A stretch of 64,000 nt of DNA from Syntrophales bacterium (GTDB taxonomy: Bacteria > Desulfobacterota > Syntrophia > Syntrophales > UBA5619): the NCBI GenBank assembly GCA_030654195.1, contig JAURXV010000155.1, forward strand, positions 13,580 to 77,579, given 5' to 3'. The notes under the pieces were generated by a model. The model did no database searches, was not told where the DNA came from, and worked only from the letters and a program-made list of their open reading frames with translations. Below, piece after piece: positions 1 through 8,283 of the stretch; within the stretch, counting starts at the first letter, position 1; every line of letters begins with the position of its first letter. Made by a program: the position numbers and the translations under genes.

Positions 1-804
1 AATCTGTTGGCCAAGGGCGCCGACAAGGTGCACGTCCTGGATCGCAAGGACTTTGACGGGGGAATCGTCGCCGATATCGAGGATGCCATGCGATTCATCG
101 AGCGGAACACCCGGACGGCCTGGCGCATAGAGGGTCTGCGCCGGGAGGACATTCCGGAATACCCGATGAGGGCTCTGCGCGAGGCCGTCACCAACGCCGT
201 CATGCATCGCGACTGGTTCATGGAGGGGGCCAACGTCTTCGTGGAGATCTATACCGACCGGATCGAGATATCCAGCCCCGGTGGTCTGCCCAAAGGAATG
301 AAGCTTTCCGACCTCGGCCGGAAGAGCATCCGCCGCAATGCCCGCATTGCCGACCTTCTCCATCGCATCACTTTTATCGAGAAGGCAGGTACGGGCATCA
401 AGCGCATGCGCGACGAGGCTCACAATCAACACTGCCCTGAACCGATCTTCGAAGAGAACGGCTTTTTCACCGCGATCTTCCATCCGAATCCGGAGGTGCG
501 TGCGCAGGCGGATACGCGGCAAGAACCAGGCGCCGCACAAGTACCCCCCAAGTACCCCCCAAGTACCCCCCAAGTTATGGCGATGTTGGCGAAGGCTGAG
601 AACGGCGCCACCCGCGATGAACTTCAGAAAGTCACCGGACTACGCGATCGGAAGCACTTCCGGGTATCTCTCCTCGATCTTTTTATCCAAGAAGGAATTC
701 TTGAGATGACCATCCCGGAAAAACCGCGCAGCAATAAACAGCGTTACCGCCTTACCCAGAAGGGGCGTACCGTCCTTGATTCTGAAAAAGGCCAATCACG
801 ATAA
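1..804 (+). CDS. COG2865-type putative ATP-binding/transcriptional regulator, C-terminal part (HATPase_c_4-like module plus C-terminal winged-helix). The gene is 5'-partial at the window edge.
   Basis: The frame is open from nt 1. Motifs REAVTNAVMHRDW, IEISSPGGLP, RRNARIADLL and EKAGTGIKRM are shared with two paralogues in this window (1014-2474 and 50396-51187). The C-terminal segment looks HTH-like (ATRDELQKVTGLRDRKHF). Confidence 0.7.
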   Translation, partial: NLLAKGADKVHVLDRKDFDGGIVADIEDAMRFIERNTRTAWRIEGLRREDIPEYPMRALREAVTNAVMHRDWFMEGANVFVEIYTDRIEISSPGGLPKGMKLSDLGRKSIRRNARIADLLHRITFIEKAGTGIKRMRDEAHNQHCPEPIFEENGFFTAIFHPNPEVRAQADTRQEPGAAQVPPKYPPSTPQVMAMLAKAENGATRDELQKVTGLRDRKHFRVSLLDLFIQEGILEMTIPEKPRSNKQRYRLTQKGRTVLDSEKGQSR

Positions 805-880
805 ATAGACCGCAGAGCGTTCCCTTCAAGGTAAAGGGTCTCGACGGCACAACAGCAATACGATACGATATCGACGATCA

Positions 881-1013
881 ATGAAAAGAAAAACAAATTT
901 CGACCGGTATCTTGAGGAACAACTCTAAGGATGTGGTTTTTGCAGAACGCTTCAAAAAAGCCAAGGAAGCATGGGATGTCGCGTTGGAACTGGCCGCCTT
1001 GAGAAAGGATAAT
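881..1013 (+). pseudogene. Relic of the 5' end of an XRE-family HTH gene, frameshifted. It duplicates the 5' end of the intact gene at 2699-3046.
   Basis: Nt 881-1010 align by eye to nt 2699-2828 with about seven substitutions and one extra T. ATG 881 reads MKRKTNFDRYLEEQL and then hits a stop. After the 1-nt insertion the rest (DVVFAERFKKA.EAWD.ALELAALRK) continues in the frame of the downstream ORF. Confidence 0.7.
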
Positions 1014-2474
1014 ATGTTGAAATTAAGAATCTTCGTCAGCAGCGTCCAGAAGGAACTGGCGGAAGATCGCCGTGCGGTGAAGACGTTCGTCGAGAAGGAC
1101 CCCTTGTTGCGCCGTTTCTTCACGGTCTTTCTTTTCGAAGACCTGCCGGCCGGCGACCGAAGTGCGGACGCCGTATATCTGGCGGAAGTGGATCGATCTG
1201 CCATATATGTGGGGCTCTTCGACAAGGAATACGGATTTGAAGATACCGAAGGACTGTCGCCCACGGAACGGGAATTCGACCGCGCCACCGGCCAGGGCAA
1301 ACTCCGTCTCATTTTTGTCAAAGGGATGGATGATCGGCGGCGCCATCCCAAGATGAAGACGCTCATTCAAAAGGCGGGAGGCCAACTCATCCGTCGGCGA
1401 TACAGGGATAACGACGAATTAAAGGCCGCGCTCTACGCAAGTCTGGTGGATTACCTCGAAACCTGCGGCGTCATTAAGAACCGTCCGTTTGAGGAAAGGG
1501 CAGTCCTGGAGGCGACGCTCGATGATCTGAACGACCAGGCGGTGGCGAACTTTGTGCGCCTCGCCCGTTCCGAACGACAGTTTCCCCTGCCGGAAAAGTC
1601 TCCCATGGCCACCGTTCTCACCCACCTGCACTTGCTCTGTGAAGGGCAGCCCACGAACGCCGCCCTGCTGCTGTTCGGGCGCGATCCCCAACGTTTTTTA
1701 CCCAGCGCAGAGATGCGCTGCATGCATTTCCACGGTACGGAAATTCAGCGGCCGGTGCCTTTCTACCGCATCTTCAAGGGCAACGTCTTCGAGCAGGTGG
1801 ATATGGCCACGGACTTCGTCATGTCCAAGCTTAATCGCAGTATCGGTACCCGCGCCGAGAGCGCCCAGGCGCCTGTCCGCTATGAAATTCTGCCGGATGT
1901 GATCCGCGAGGCCGTCGTCAATGCCGTTGCCCATCGCGACTATGCATCGGCGGGCGCGGTGCAGGTCTCCGTCTTTGTTGATCGCGTCGAAGTATGGAAT
2001 CCGGGTATTCTGCCCGCGCCTCTGACCACGGAAAGCCTTCGCCACCCTCACGGGTCCATTGCCCGGAACCCGCGGCTTTGCGAGGCGCTCTTCCTGGCCC
2101 GTTACATCGAAAAATACGGCACCGGCACTCTTTTGATGATCCGCGAAAGCCTCGCCCACAACCTGCCCGAGCCTGACTTTGCGCAGCGCGGCGGGGAATT
2201 CACCATCACCCTCTGGCGCGATTGGCTGACAGATGCAGTGTTGACGGGATACAGCATTAATGAACGTGAACGCAAGGCTGTTCAATTCTTGAAAATCCAT
2301 GAGACAATCACAAACTCTCAGTATCAGAAGGAGTTTCTGGTCGCAAAGAGAACAGCATCGCTTGATCTCGCTGAGTTGGTTGCTGTCGGGCTCATTGAAA
2401 AAGCGGGGAGCACCGGCAAAGGCGTTTATTACCGATTGGCCAAAGGGGCAACAAAGGGGCAAAAGGGGCAATGA
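1014..2474 (+). CDS. DUF4062-domain protein fused to a COG2865-type HATPase_c_4/wHTH module.
   Basis: The N-terminus MLKLRIFVSSVQKELAEDRRAV...AIYVGLFDKEYG matches the DUF4062 pattern. The C-terminal half carries REAVVNAVAHRDY, VEVWNPGILP, ARNPRLCEALF and EKYGTGTLLM, as in COG2865 proteins. I chose ATG 1014 with AAAGGA upstream; the track ORF start at 912 reads through the XRE relic. Confidence 0.7.
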   Translation: MLKLRIFVSSVQKELAEDRRAVKTFVEKDPLLRRFFTVFLFEDLPAGDRSADAVYLAEVDRSAIYVGLFDKEYGFEDTEGLSPTEREFDRATGQGKLRLIFVKGMDDRRRHPKMKTLIQKAGGQLIRRRYRDNDELKAALYASLVDYLETCGVIKNRPFEERAVLEATLDDLNDQAVANFVRLARSERQFPLPEKSPMATVLTHLHLLCEGQPTNAALLLFGRDPQRFLPSAEMRCMHFHGTEIQRPVPFYRIFKGNVFEQVDMATDFVMSKLNRSIGTRAESAQAPVRYEILPDVIREAVVNAVAHRDYASAGAVQVSVFVDRVEVWNPGILPAPLTTESLRHPHGSIARNPRLCEALFLARYIEKYGTGTLLMIRESLAHNLPEPDFAQRGGEFTITLWRDWLTDAVLTGYSINERERKAVQFLKIHETITNSQYQKEFLVAKRTASLDLAELVAVGLIEKAGSTGKGVYYRLAKGATKGQKGQ

Positions 2475-2516
2475 CGCAACGATGCCAAAGGGGCAGTAAA
2501 GGGGCAAAAGGGGGCA
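2442..2516. repeat. Six copies of AAAGGGGCA (the last has an extra G) straddling the stop codon of the DUF4062 gene. Two copies of AACCCGTCA follow at 2520-2540.
   Basis: Direct reading places copies at 2442, 2453, 2462, 2487, 2498 and 2507. Confidence 0.8.
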
Positions 2517-2570
2517 GAACAACCCGTCACAAACCCGTCAAACCCTTCATGAATGTCATAAGGAATTGAT

Positions 2571-2702
2571 ATGGCGAAGAAGCAAACACCGTTGACCGTC
2601 AAAGCCCTCCCTCACGACGAGGCCAGGCGCAAGCACATCCCTACTGCCGAATACCAGTCGGTCATACGGAAACGGGATTGGTTGGTGAGGCATCCGCAAT
2701 GA
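2571..2702 (+). pseudogene. 44-codon ORF resembling the extreme N-terminus of a Mod/N6-adenine DNA methyltransferase. Probably a relic.
   Basis: It translates to MAKKQTPLTVKALPHDEARRKHIPTAEYQSVIRKRDWLVRHPQ. From memory, the PHDEA.RKNIPTAEYQSV motif is typical of the N-termini of type III/BREX-like methylases. Its stop overlaps the XRE start (ATGA). It is below the ORF-track length cutoff. Confidence 0.35.
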
Positions 2703-3046
2703 AAAGAAAAACAAATTTCGATCAATATCTTGAGGAACAACTCAAGGATGTGGTTTTTGCCGAACGCTTCAAAAAAGCCGGGGAAGCATGGGATGCCGCG
2801 TTGGAACTGGCCGCCTTGAGAAAGGAATCCGGCCTTTCGCAGCAGGAGCTTGCCAAACGGGTGGGCACAACCCAGCAGCAGATCAGCCGACTGGAATTGA
2901 CGTCCTACGAAGGCCATTCCCTAAGCATGCTCAGAAGGGTTGCCGAAGCCCTCGGCGCCACGATTCATATCGAACTGCTTCGTAGAAAGCAAAAGAAAAG
3001 CATGAGTGTCGCCGAAGATAATCCCCATTACGGAAGGATGAAATGA
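2699..3046 (+). CDS. XRE-family helix-turn-helix transcriptional regulator (HigA-like antitoxin or regulator).
   Basis: The HTH_3-type core is LSQQELAKRVGTTQQQISRLE. ATG 2699 is preferred because sequence homology to the duplicated copy begins exactly there. The gene lies 51 nt upstream of the STAND gene. Confidence 0.8.
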   Translation: MKRKTNFDQYLEEQLKDVVFAERFKKAGEAWDAALELAALRKESGLSQQELAKRVGTTQQQISRLELTSYEGHSLSMLRRVAEALGATIHIELLRRKQKKSMSVAEDNPHYGRMK

Positions 3047-3097
3047 ATTAGTCAGCCTGAAAGATAAATTTGTCTCTTTTCTCTATTAGGGAAAGAA

Positions 3098-6000
3098 ATG
3101 TATACCCTCATTACATTTGCCACACATTGGGGAAGCAAGTACGGCGGTATCAATAGTTTTAACACCGATTTTCTGTCCGCATTTGGTGTTGCCTACCACT
3201 TCAGCGTTCAAGTTATTTGTGTTGTTTCGAATGCTGGCGATGAAGAAGTCAAAGAGGCGAAGAAAGCATACGTGACCTTGGTATCCCTGCCCTATGTACC
3301 TCAGGACAAATTATTCACAGCAGCCCATGGGCAAGCCAGCATCGAAGAACTTAAGAAGCACAATATCAACATTGCCCCTGAAATGACCGTATGGCTTGGG
3401 CATGACCGCATCACCGGTGCTGCGGCAAACGCGGCGGCCAAGTCTGCCGGCGGTCTGTCGGCTTTGATTCATCACATGAGCTATGATCACTACGAGTCTT
3501 ACGCCGAAAATTCCCAAACTGCCTATCATAAAACTCAGGAACAAAAAGACCTTTTCAAGCAAGCCGACATTGTTTTAGCGGTTGGCCCGTTACTCCGCGA
3601 TGCATTGAGGGATCTTCTGGGAGCATCGAAGCCGGTTCACACGCTGATCCCTGGTCTGGCAGAGATCGTGCCTGTGGAAGCCCCCATAACCTTCACCGCT
3701 TTTTTAAGCGGCCGCTTCAGTGAGGATGCAGCGCGTATCAAGCAAGGACACCTCGGGCTTGCCGCCTTTGCCCAGGCTCACCGCGAAGCTCGCGCAAATG
3801 GAATGCCCGATGGTCTCTGTTCGCAACCCAAACTGGTCTTGCGTGGCATCGATTTCGACTCCCAAGTCGTGCAATCGCCATCGCAGCCCCAATCAGACCC
3901 TGAAACCGAATTAAAGCGATTTGCGGAAAAATATGCTGAGAGCGTGATCAATCTCCATGCCTTGCCTTACACGCAAGATCGGGAAACCCTCTATAATGAT
4001 TTAAAAGGGGCAAGTGTAGCTCTGATGCCGTCCTGGCACGAAGGTTTTGGGTTGGTGGCGTGGGAAGCGATTGCGGCGGGCGTGCCCCTGATTATCAGCA
4101 AGAACAGCGGTGTATATCGCTTTCTGGAAGAAAATTATCCTGGAGCTGGGACTGGATGCATAAACGCAGTTGATGTACGCGCGGCCGTCTCTGCGCCGTT
4201 CTTTCGTTCAGAAGATCTGCAAGCTGTTGTAGCTGCACTTAAAACCATCGCTCATAAACCACACGAGGCCCGTCGGAAAGCATGTATATTACGAGGTTTG
4301 CTGGGTGACTATACCTGGTCGGGCTGTGCTGCAAAGGGGGCACAGGCTTTTGGATGGTCCTTGCAAAAAGGCAGCATGCCTGTCATCGCGCCGGTACCCG
4401 TGGAGAAAACCACAAGTGACACCACTTCTCCCATCGTCTCCTCTGTTCCTTCACACACTTCCCCACTTCAAATTCCTCTGAAGTGCTGGAAAGTAGGTAC
4501 CGGAATTGCGTACAGCCAGTTGCTCCGTGCTGAAGAAGCCATCGTATCGTTTGACCCCGCTCGCCAGCCCGAACTCGATGTATTGAACTACTGGCTCGAC
4601 GATACGCGATGGCCACAGGCGGTAAGACTGATCACCGGTGCCGGTGGGTTAGGTAAGACGCGGTTGGCCCTGGAGCTATGCCAACATCGACTGACGGCAG
4701 GGTGGCAGGCAGGCTTCCTGGATATCGCCATCAACGCCAAGGATATGGCCTCTCATTGGCAAACCTTGCGCAATTTCAACCAGCCACTCCTAATCGTTAT
4801 CGATTATGCGGAAACCCGTCAAACAGCCTTGCTCGCCCTCATTAGAGCTATATTACTGACCCCCACCGACCAGACAGTGCGCATCCTACTGCTGGCGCGT
4901 GATGGCGGGGAATGGTGGGACAACCTGCCCAGTAAGGACCATCAGTGCGAACCCTTGTTGAGCGGATATGCCACATCGGGGCCTTTCCGTCTGTCGGGAC
5001 TCCACGCAACCGTTCCTGATCGGGATCAAGCCTACCGGCAAGCATTGCACGCTTATGCCCAAGCCCTCAACGTGACCGCCCCCGACATGGTCCCCAAACT
5101 TGCGGGAGAGCATTTTGAACGGCCCCTGTACTTGCAGATGTTGGCCCTCCTGGCCCTTCATGGCGAGCGCCCAACGACGGCAGAGGGTCTGACCAAAGCA
5201 CTCTTGAACCACGAGAGGCGCTATTGGCGAAGATTGCTATCTCATTTCGGATGGGCTGAGCCGGAACACCTTGCCCAACAGTTGCTTGCTCTTGCGACAC
5301 TGGCAGGCGGCTTTGCCACGTCCAGAGCCGCAGAGCCTTATTGGGCCAAAGCAAACGGCAACTTCTGCTCTGCCGATTTTAACGCCTTGTTTCGAGCCTT
5401 GGTGCCGCTCTACCCCGGTAAACAGGGGTTGCAAGCGGTACGCCCCGATCTTCTTGGTGAGGCTTTGGTGGCCCAGGCCCTGCTTCGTCCAGACGGTGCC
5501 GACTTGCTGGATGCTGTTCTTTCTAACAGCGCCGGTGCGTCTGTTCGCCGTCATGCCCTGACGGTGCTTGCCCGTCTGTCCGGCCAGTGTTTAGATCTGT
5601 ATGAGACGCTTGTGGATGCCTTGGTACTTCACTTTGCCCATTGTTATCAGGAAATGATAGCTGTGGCTATCGAAACACCAGGGCGATTATCCACCTTGGC
5701 AGAAGCTGCTTTCACCCGCTTGCAGCCTGCATCTAAAAGTCAGGTTGCGGGCTTGTTGGAACCATTTTTTCAGGAACAATCGGTGCAATTTGCAGCCCTC
5801 AGTTGCTTAGTGCTGGAGTTCCTAGTGGCAAAATACCGACAAAAACTATCCAAGAAACCGACCCAACCCGATTGTATAGTCGAATATGCCAATACAATGG
5901 GAAACTATTCAATATGTTTAGAACGAACCGGTCGTCATGAAGAGGCATTGTCTTGTGCTCAAGAGGTAGTCAAATGCTTTGAACGGCTAAACCCTAAAGA

Positions 6001-7267
6001 CCAACAGTTCTATGCGTACGACTATGCAGACTCGTTATGCAATTATTCCATAGAATTAAGTTATGGAGGTCAAAACGAAGAGGCCCTTAAGCATACGCAA
6101 CAAGCCCTAGATATTCACAAGCGATTGGCTCAAAAAAACCCAGATCGATATGAACCACACTATGCAATATCATTAAACAATTATGCGCTTTTCTTGAGTG
6201 ATGCAGGTCAAAACGAAGTGGCACTCAAACATGACCAGGCGGCCTTGGCAATTCGTCGCCGATTGGCTCAGAAAAACCCGGATCGATACGACCACGACTA
6301 TGCAGCTTCATTAAGCAACTATTCGATTCATTTGAACGCAGCAGGTCAAAACGAAGAGGCTATCAAGCATACGCAGCAGGCCCTAGATATTTACAAGCGA
6401 TTGTCTCAAAAAAACCCAGATCGATACGAATCAGACTATGCAGCTTCATTAATGAACTACTCGATTTATTTGAGCGCAGCAGGTCAAAACGAAGAGGCTA
6501 TCAAGCAAGGCCAGGAGGCCTTGGCAATTCGTCGCCGATTGGCTCAAAAAACCCCGGATCGATACGACCACGACTATGCAGATTCATTAAGTAACCATTC
6601 GATTCATTTGAGCGCAGCAGGTCAAAACGAAGAGGCTATCAAGCATAACCAGGAGGCCTTGAAGATTCGTCACCGATTGGCTCAGAAAAACCCGGATCAA
6701 TACGAACCCGACTATGCAGGGTCATTAAACAACTATTCACAGCGATTACTTGATGCAGGCCAATACGAGGTGGCCCTTAAGCATGCCCGACAGGCCCTAG
6801 AGATTTGTCACCGATTGGCAGCCAGAGCCCCGGAACGCTTTGATGTCAATCTGTTCGGCAGCGTCTGCAGTGTATATTTCATCAATTGGTTATGTAATCA
6901 TCCAGATATAAAAGGAGATCTACCGGATTTGAACTTTATCCCGACGACGATATCTATACATCGCCGTGCCCTATGTCTCCTTTTAGCCTCTTTTGTAAAA
7001 GCATGCCAGGCTACTGAACCTACCCCCCGCACTGAAACCTTCAAACTTGTGCTCTCCACTTGGGACAACTTATCGCCAGCCGACAAAAACCGTGCGCGTT
7101 GCTATTGGCTGTGCGCCGCTGCCTGGTGCGCAATGGCCGCCCCGGATGCGGTGGTGGGTCTGGATTGGCAAGCAAGCTGGCATCAATATACAAGCCAGCG
7201 CAATGGTCAATTACCTCACTGGATGCAAGAGTTAGCACGGCGCCTGACATTTCAGTGGCCAACGTAA
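3098..7267 (+). CDS. Multidomain protein: N-terminal GT-B/GT4-like glycosyltransferase, central STAND (NB-ARC-like) P-loop NTPase, C-terminal TPR array.
   Basis: The GT domain shows WGSKYGGINSF and HEGFGLVAWEAIAAGVPLI (E-x7-E, E315/E323). The NTPase shows Walker A GAGGLGKT (residues 514-521), Walker B-like LLIVIDYAE and RILLLARD. Seven 42-aa TPR units follow. It is a single long ORF with no competing frame. Confidence 0.85.
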   Translation: MYTLITFATHWGSKYGGINSFNTDFLSAFGVAYHFSVQVICVVSNAGDEEVKEAKKAYVTLVSLPYVPQDKLFTAAHGQASIEELKKHNINIAPEMTVWLGHDRITGAAANAAAKSAGGLSALIHHMSYDHYESYAENSQTAYHKTQEQKDLFKQADIVLAVGPLLRDALRDLLGASKPVHTLIPGLAEIVPVEAPITFTAFLSGRFSEDAARIKQGHLGLAAFAQAHREARANGMPDGLCSQPKLVLRGIDFDSQVVQSPSQPQSDPETELKRFAEKYAESVINLHALPYTQDRETLYNDLKGASVALMPSWHEGFGLVAWEAIAAGVPLIISKNSGVYRFLEENYPGAGTGCINAVDVRAAVSAPFFRSEDLQAVVAALKTIAHKPHEARRKACILRGLLGDYTWSGCAAKGAQAFGWSLQKGSMPVIAPVPVEKTTSDTTSPIVSSVPSHTSPLQIPLKCWKVGTGIAYSQLLRAEEAIVSFDPARQPELDVLNYWLDDTRWPQAVRLITGAGGLGKTRLALELCQHRLTAGWQAGFLDIAINAKDMASHWQTLRNFNQPLLIVIDYAETRQTALLALIRAILLTPTDQTVRILLLARDGGEWWDNLPSKDHQCEPLLSGYATSGPFRLSGLHATVPDRDQAYRQALHAYAQALNVTAPDMVPKLAGEHFERPLYLQMLALLALHGERPTTAEGLTKALLNHERRYWRRLLSHFGWAEPEHLAQQLLALATLAGGFATSRAAEPYWAKANGNFCSADFNALFRALVPLYPGKQGLQAVRPDLLGEALVAQALLRPDGADLLDAVLSNSAGASVRRHALTVLARLSGQCLDLYETLVDALVLHFAHCYQEMIAVAIETPGRLSTLAEAAFTRLQPASKSQVAGLLEPFFQEQSVQFAALSCLVLEFLVAKYRQKLSKKPTQPDCIVEYANTMGNYSICLERTGRHEEALSCAQEVVKCFERLNPKDQQFYAYDYADSLCNYSIELSYGGQNEEALKHTQQALDIHKRLAQKNPDRYEPHYAISLNNYALFLSDAGQNEVALKHDQAALAIRRRLAQKNPDRYDHDYAASLSNYSIHLNAAGQNEEAIKHTQQALDIYKRLSQKNPDRYESDYAASLMNYSIYLSAAGQNEEAIKQGQEALAIRRRLAQKTPDRYDHDYADSLSNHSIHLSAAGQNEEAIKHNQEALKIRHRLAQKNPDQYEPDYAGSLNNYSQRLLDAGQYEVALKHARQALEICHRLAARAPERFDVNLFGSVCSVYFINWLCNHPDIKGDLPDLNFIPTTISIHRRALCLLLASFVKACQATEPTPRTETFKLVLSTWDNLSPADKNRARCYWLCAAAWCAMAAPDAVVGLDWQASWHQYTSQRNGQLPHWMQELARRLTFQWPT
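5882..6841 (+). repeat. Seven tandem 126-bp in-frame coding repeats encoding the TPR units.
   Basis: The repeated unit is NPDRY-x-x-DYA-SL-NYS--L--AGQNEEA-KH-Q-AL-I--RLAQK. Long identical nucleotide runs such as aggtcaaaacgaagaggctatcaagca recur. Confidence 0.85.
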
Positions 7268-7554
7268 CGCCAGAGTAAAAACTTATGAAACATTTGCGCA
7301 AGTCTATGATGAGCACTCTCATGACGTGGCCGCGCCTACGGCGCGAACCAGCTATTCGAGCGGTAAACCCCCATCGGGGCTGCCTCCTTGCCGCTCAATT
7401 CCGCGTCGTTAATCATTTCATTCGTAAATCTTCAAGATGTTTTATTCACCAGCATTACTGTTTTGGTAGGCGACAGCGAGCGTCATATGCTGTCAGTATC
7501 ATCCCTTTTCAAACCAAAAAGCACGCAAGAACCGGATGAACCCGAAAAATTGTT

Positions 7555-8283
7555 TTGAGCGCGAAGGGAGTTGATTTGGCCGAACCGAAACGATCCATCG
7601 TAGAAATCAGGGATATCTTCAAGTCCTATCACCGGGAGAACCTCGCCGTCCCGGTCCTGCACGATATCACCTTTGACATCGCCGAAGGTGAATTCCTGGC
7701 GCTGATGGGACCATCCGGCTCCGGGAAAACGACCCTTTTGAACCTCCTGGCCGGGATCGACAAGGCGGACAGCGGGACGATCAGGGTGAGCGGAGTCGAC
7801 ATCACGGCCCTTTCGGAGACCGAACTCGCCCATTGGCGCGCCAATAACGTCGGCTTCATCTTTCAGTTCTACAACCTTATCCCCGTGCTGAAGGCGGTCG
7901 AAAACGTCGAGCTGCCTCTCCACCTGACCGCTCTCTCACGGCGGGAACGGCGGGAGCACGCCGAAATGGCCCTGCGCATGGTGAGCCTGGAGCACCGGAT
8001 GGATCATTATCCCAAGGAGATGTCCGGAGGCGAACAGCAGCGGGTCGCCATCGCCCGCGCCATCGTCACCGATCCCACTATTCTGGTCGCCGATGAACCA
8101 ACCGGGGATCTGGACCGCGTATCGGCCGAAGAGATTCTGACGATGATGGAGCGCCTGAACGGGGAGATGGGCAAGACCATCGTCATGGTCACCCATGACC
8201 CCCGGGCGGCCAAGCGGGCAAAGGTTGTGAGGCTTTTGGACAAAGGATACATGAACGATGCTCCAGCTCAAAATCCTCTTTAG
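7555..8283 (+). CDS. ABC transporter ATP-binding protein (MacB/LolD-like).
   Basis: Walker A GPSGSGKTT, signature MSGGEQQRVAIARA, Walker B ILVADEPTGDLD. The start is TTG and is uncertain. Confidence 0.9.
   Translation: MSAKGVDLAEPKRSIVEIRDIFKSYHRENLAVPVLHDITFDIAEGEFLALMGPSGSGKTTLLNLLAGIDKADSGTIRVSGVDITALSETELAHWRANNVGFIFQFYNLIPVLKAVENVELPLHLTALSRRERREHAEMALRMVSLEHRMDHYPKEMSGGEQQRVAIARAIVTDPTILVADEPTGDLDRVSAEEILTMMERLNGEMGKTIVMVTHDPRAAKRAKVVRLLDKGYMNDAPAQNPL

Noticed and set aside
912-1013. N-terminal extension of the DUF4062 ORF as given in the track (MRNNSKDVVFAERFKK...).
   Set aside because: This stretch is the frameshifted relic of the XRE gene 5' end, a duplicate of 2699-2828. A canonical DUF4062 N-terminus starts at ATG 1014 with an RBS-like AAAGGA.
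5882-6841. Regular 126-bp periodicity that could be mistaken for a CRISPR-like or satellite array.
   Set aside because: The repeats are contiguous with no unique spacers, stay in frame within a long ORF and encode canonical TPR helices.
7285-7539. 84-aa ORF after the STAND gene.
   Set aside because: The sequence is Arg/Cys/His-rich with no motif. It occupies the AT-rich transition to the ABC operon and probably contains that operon's promoter.
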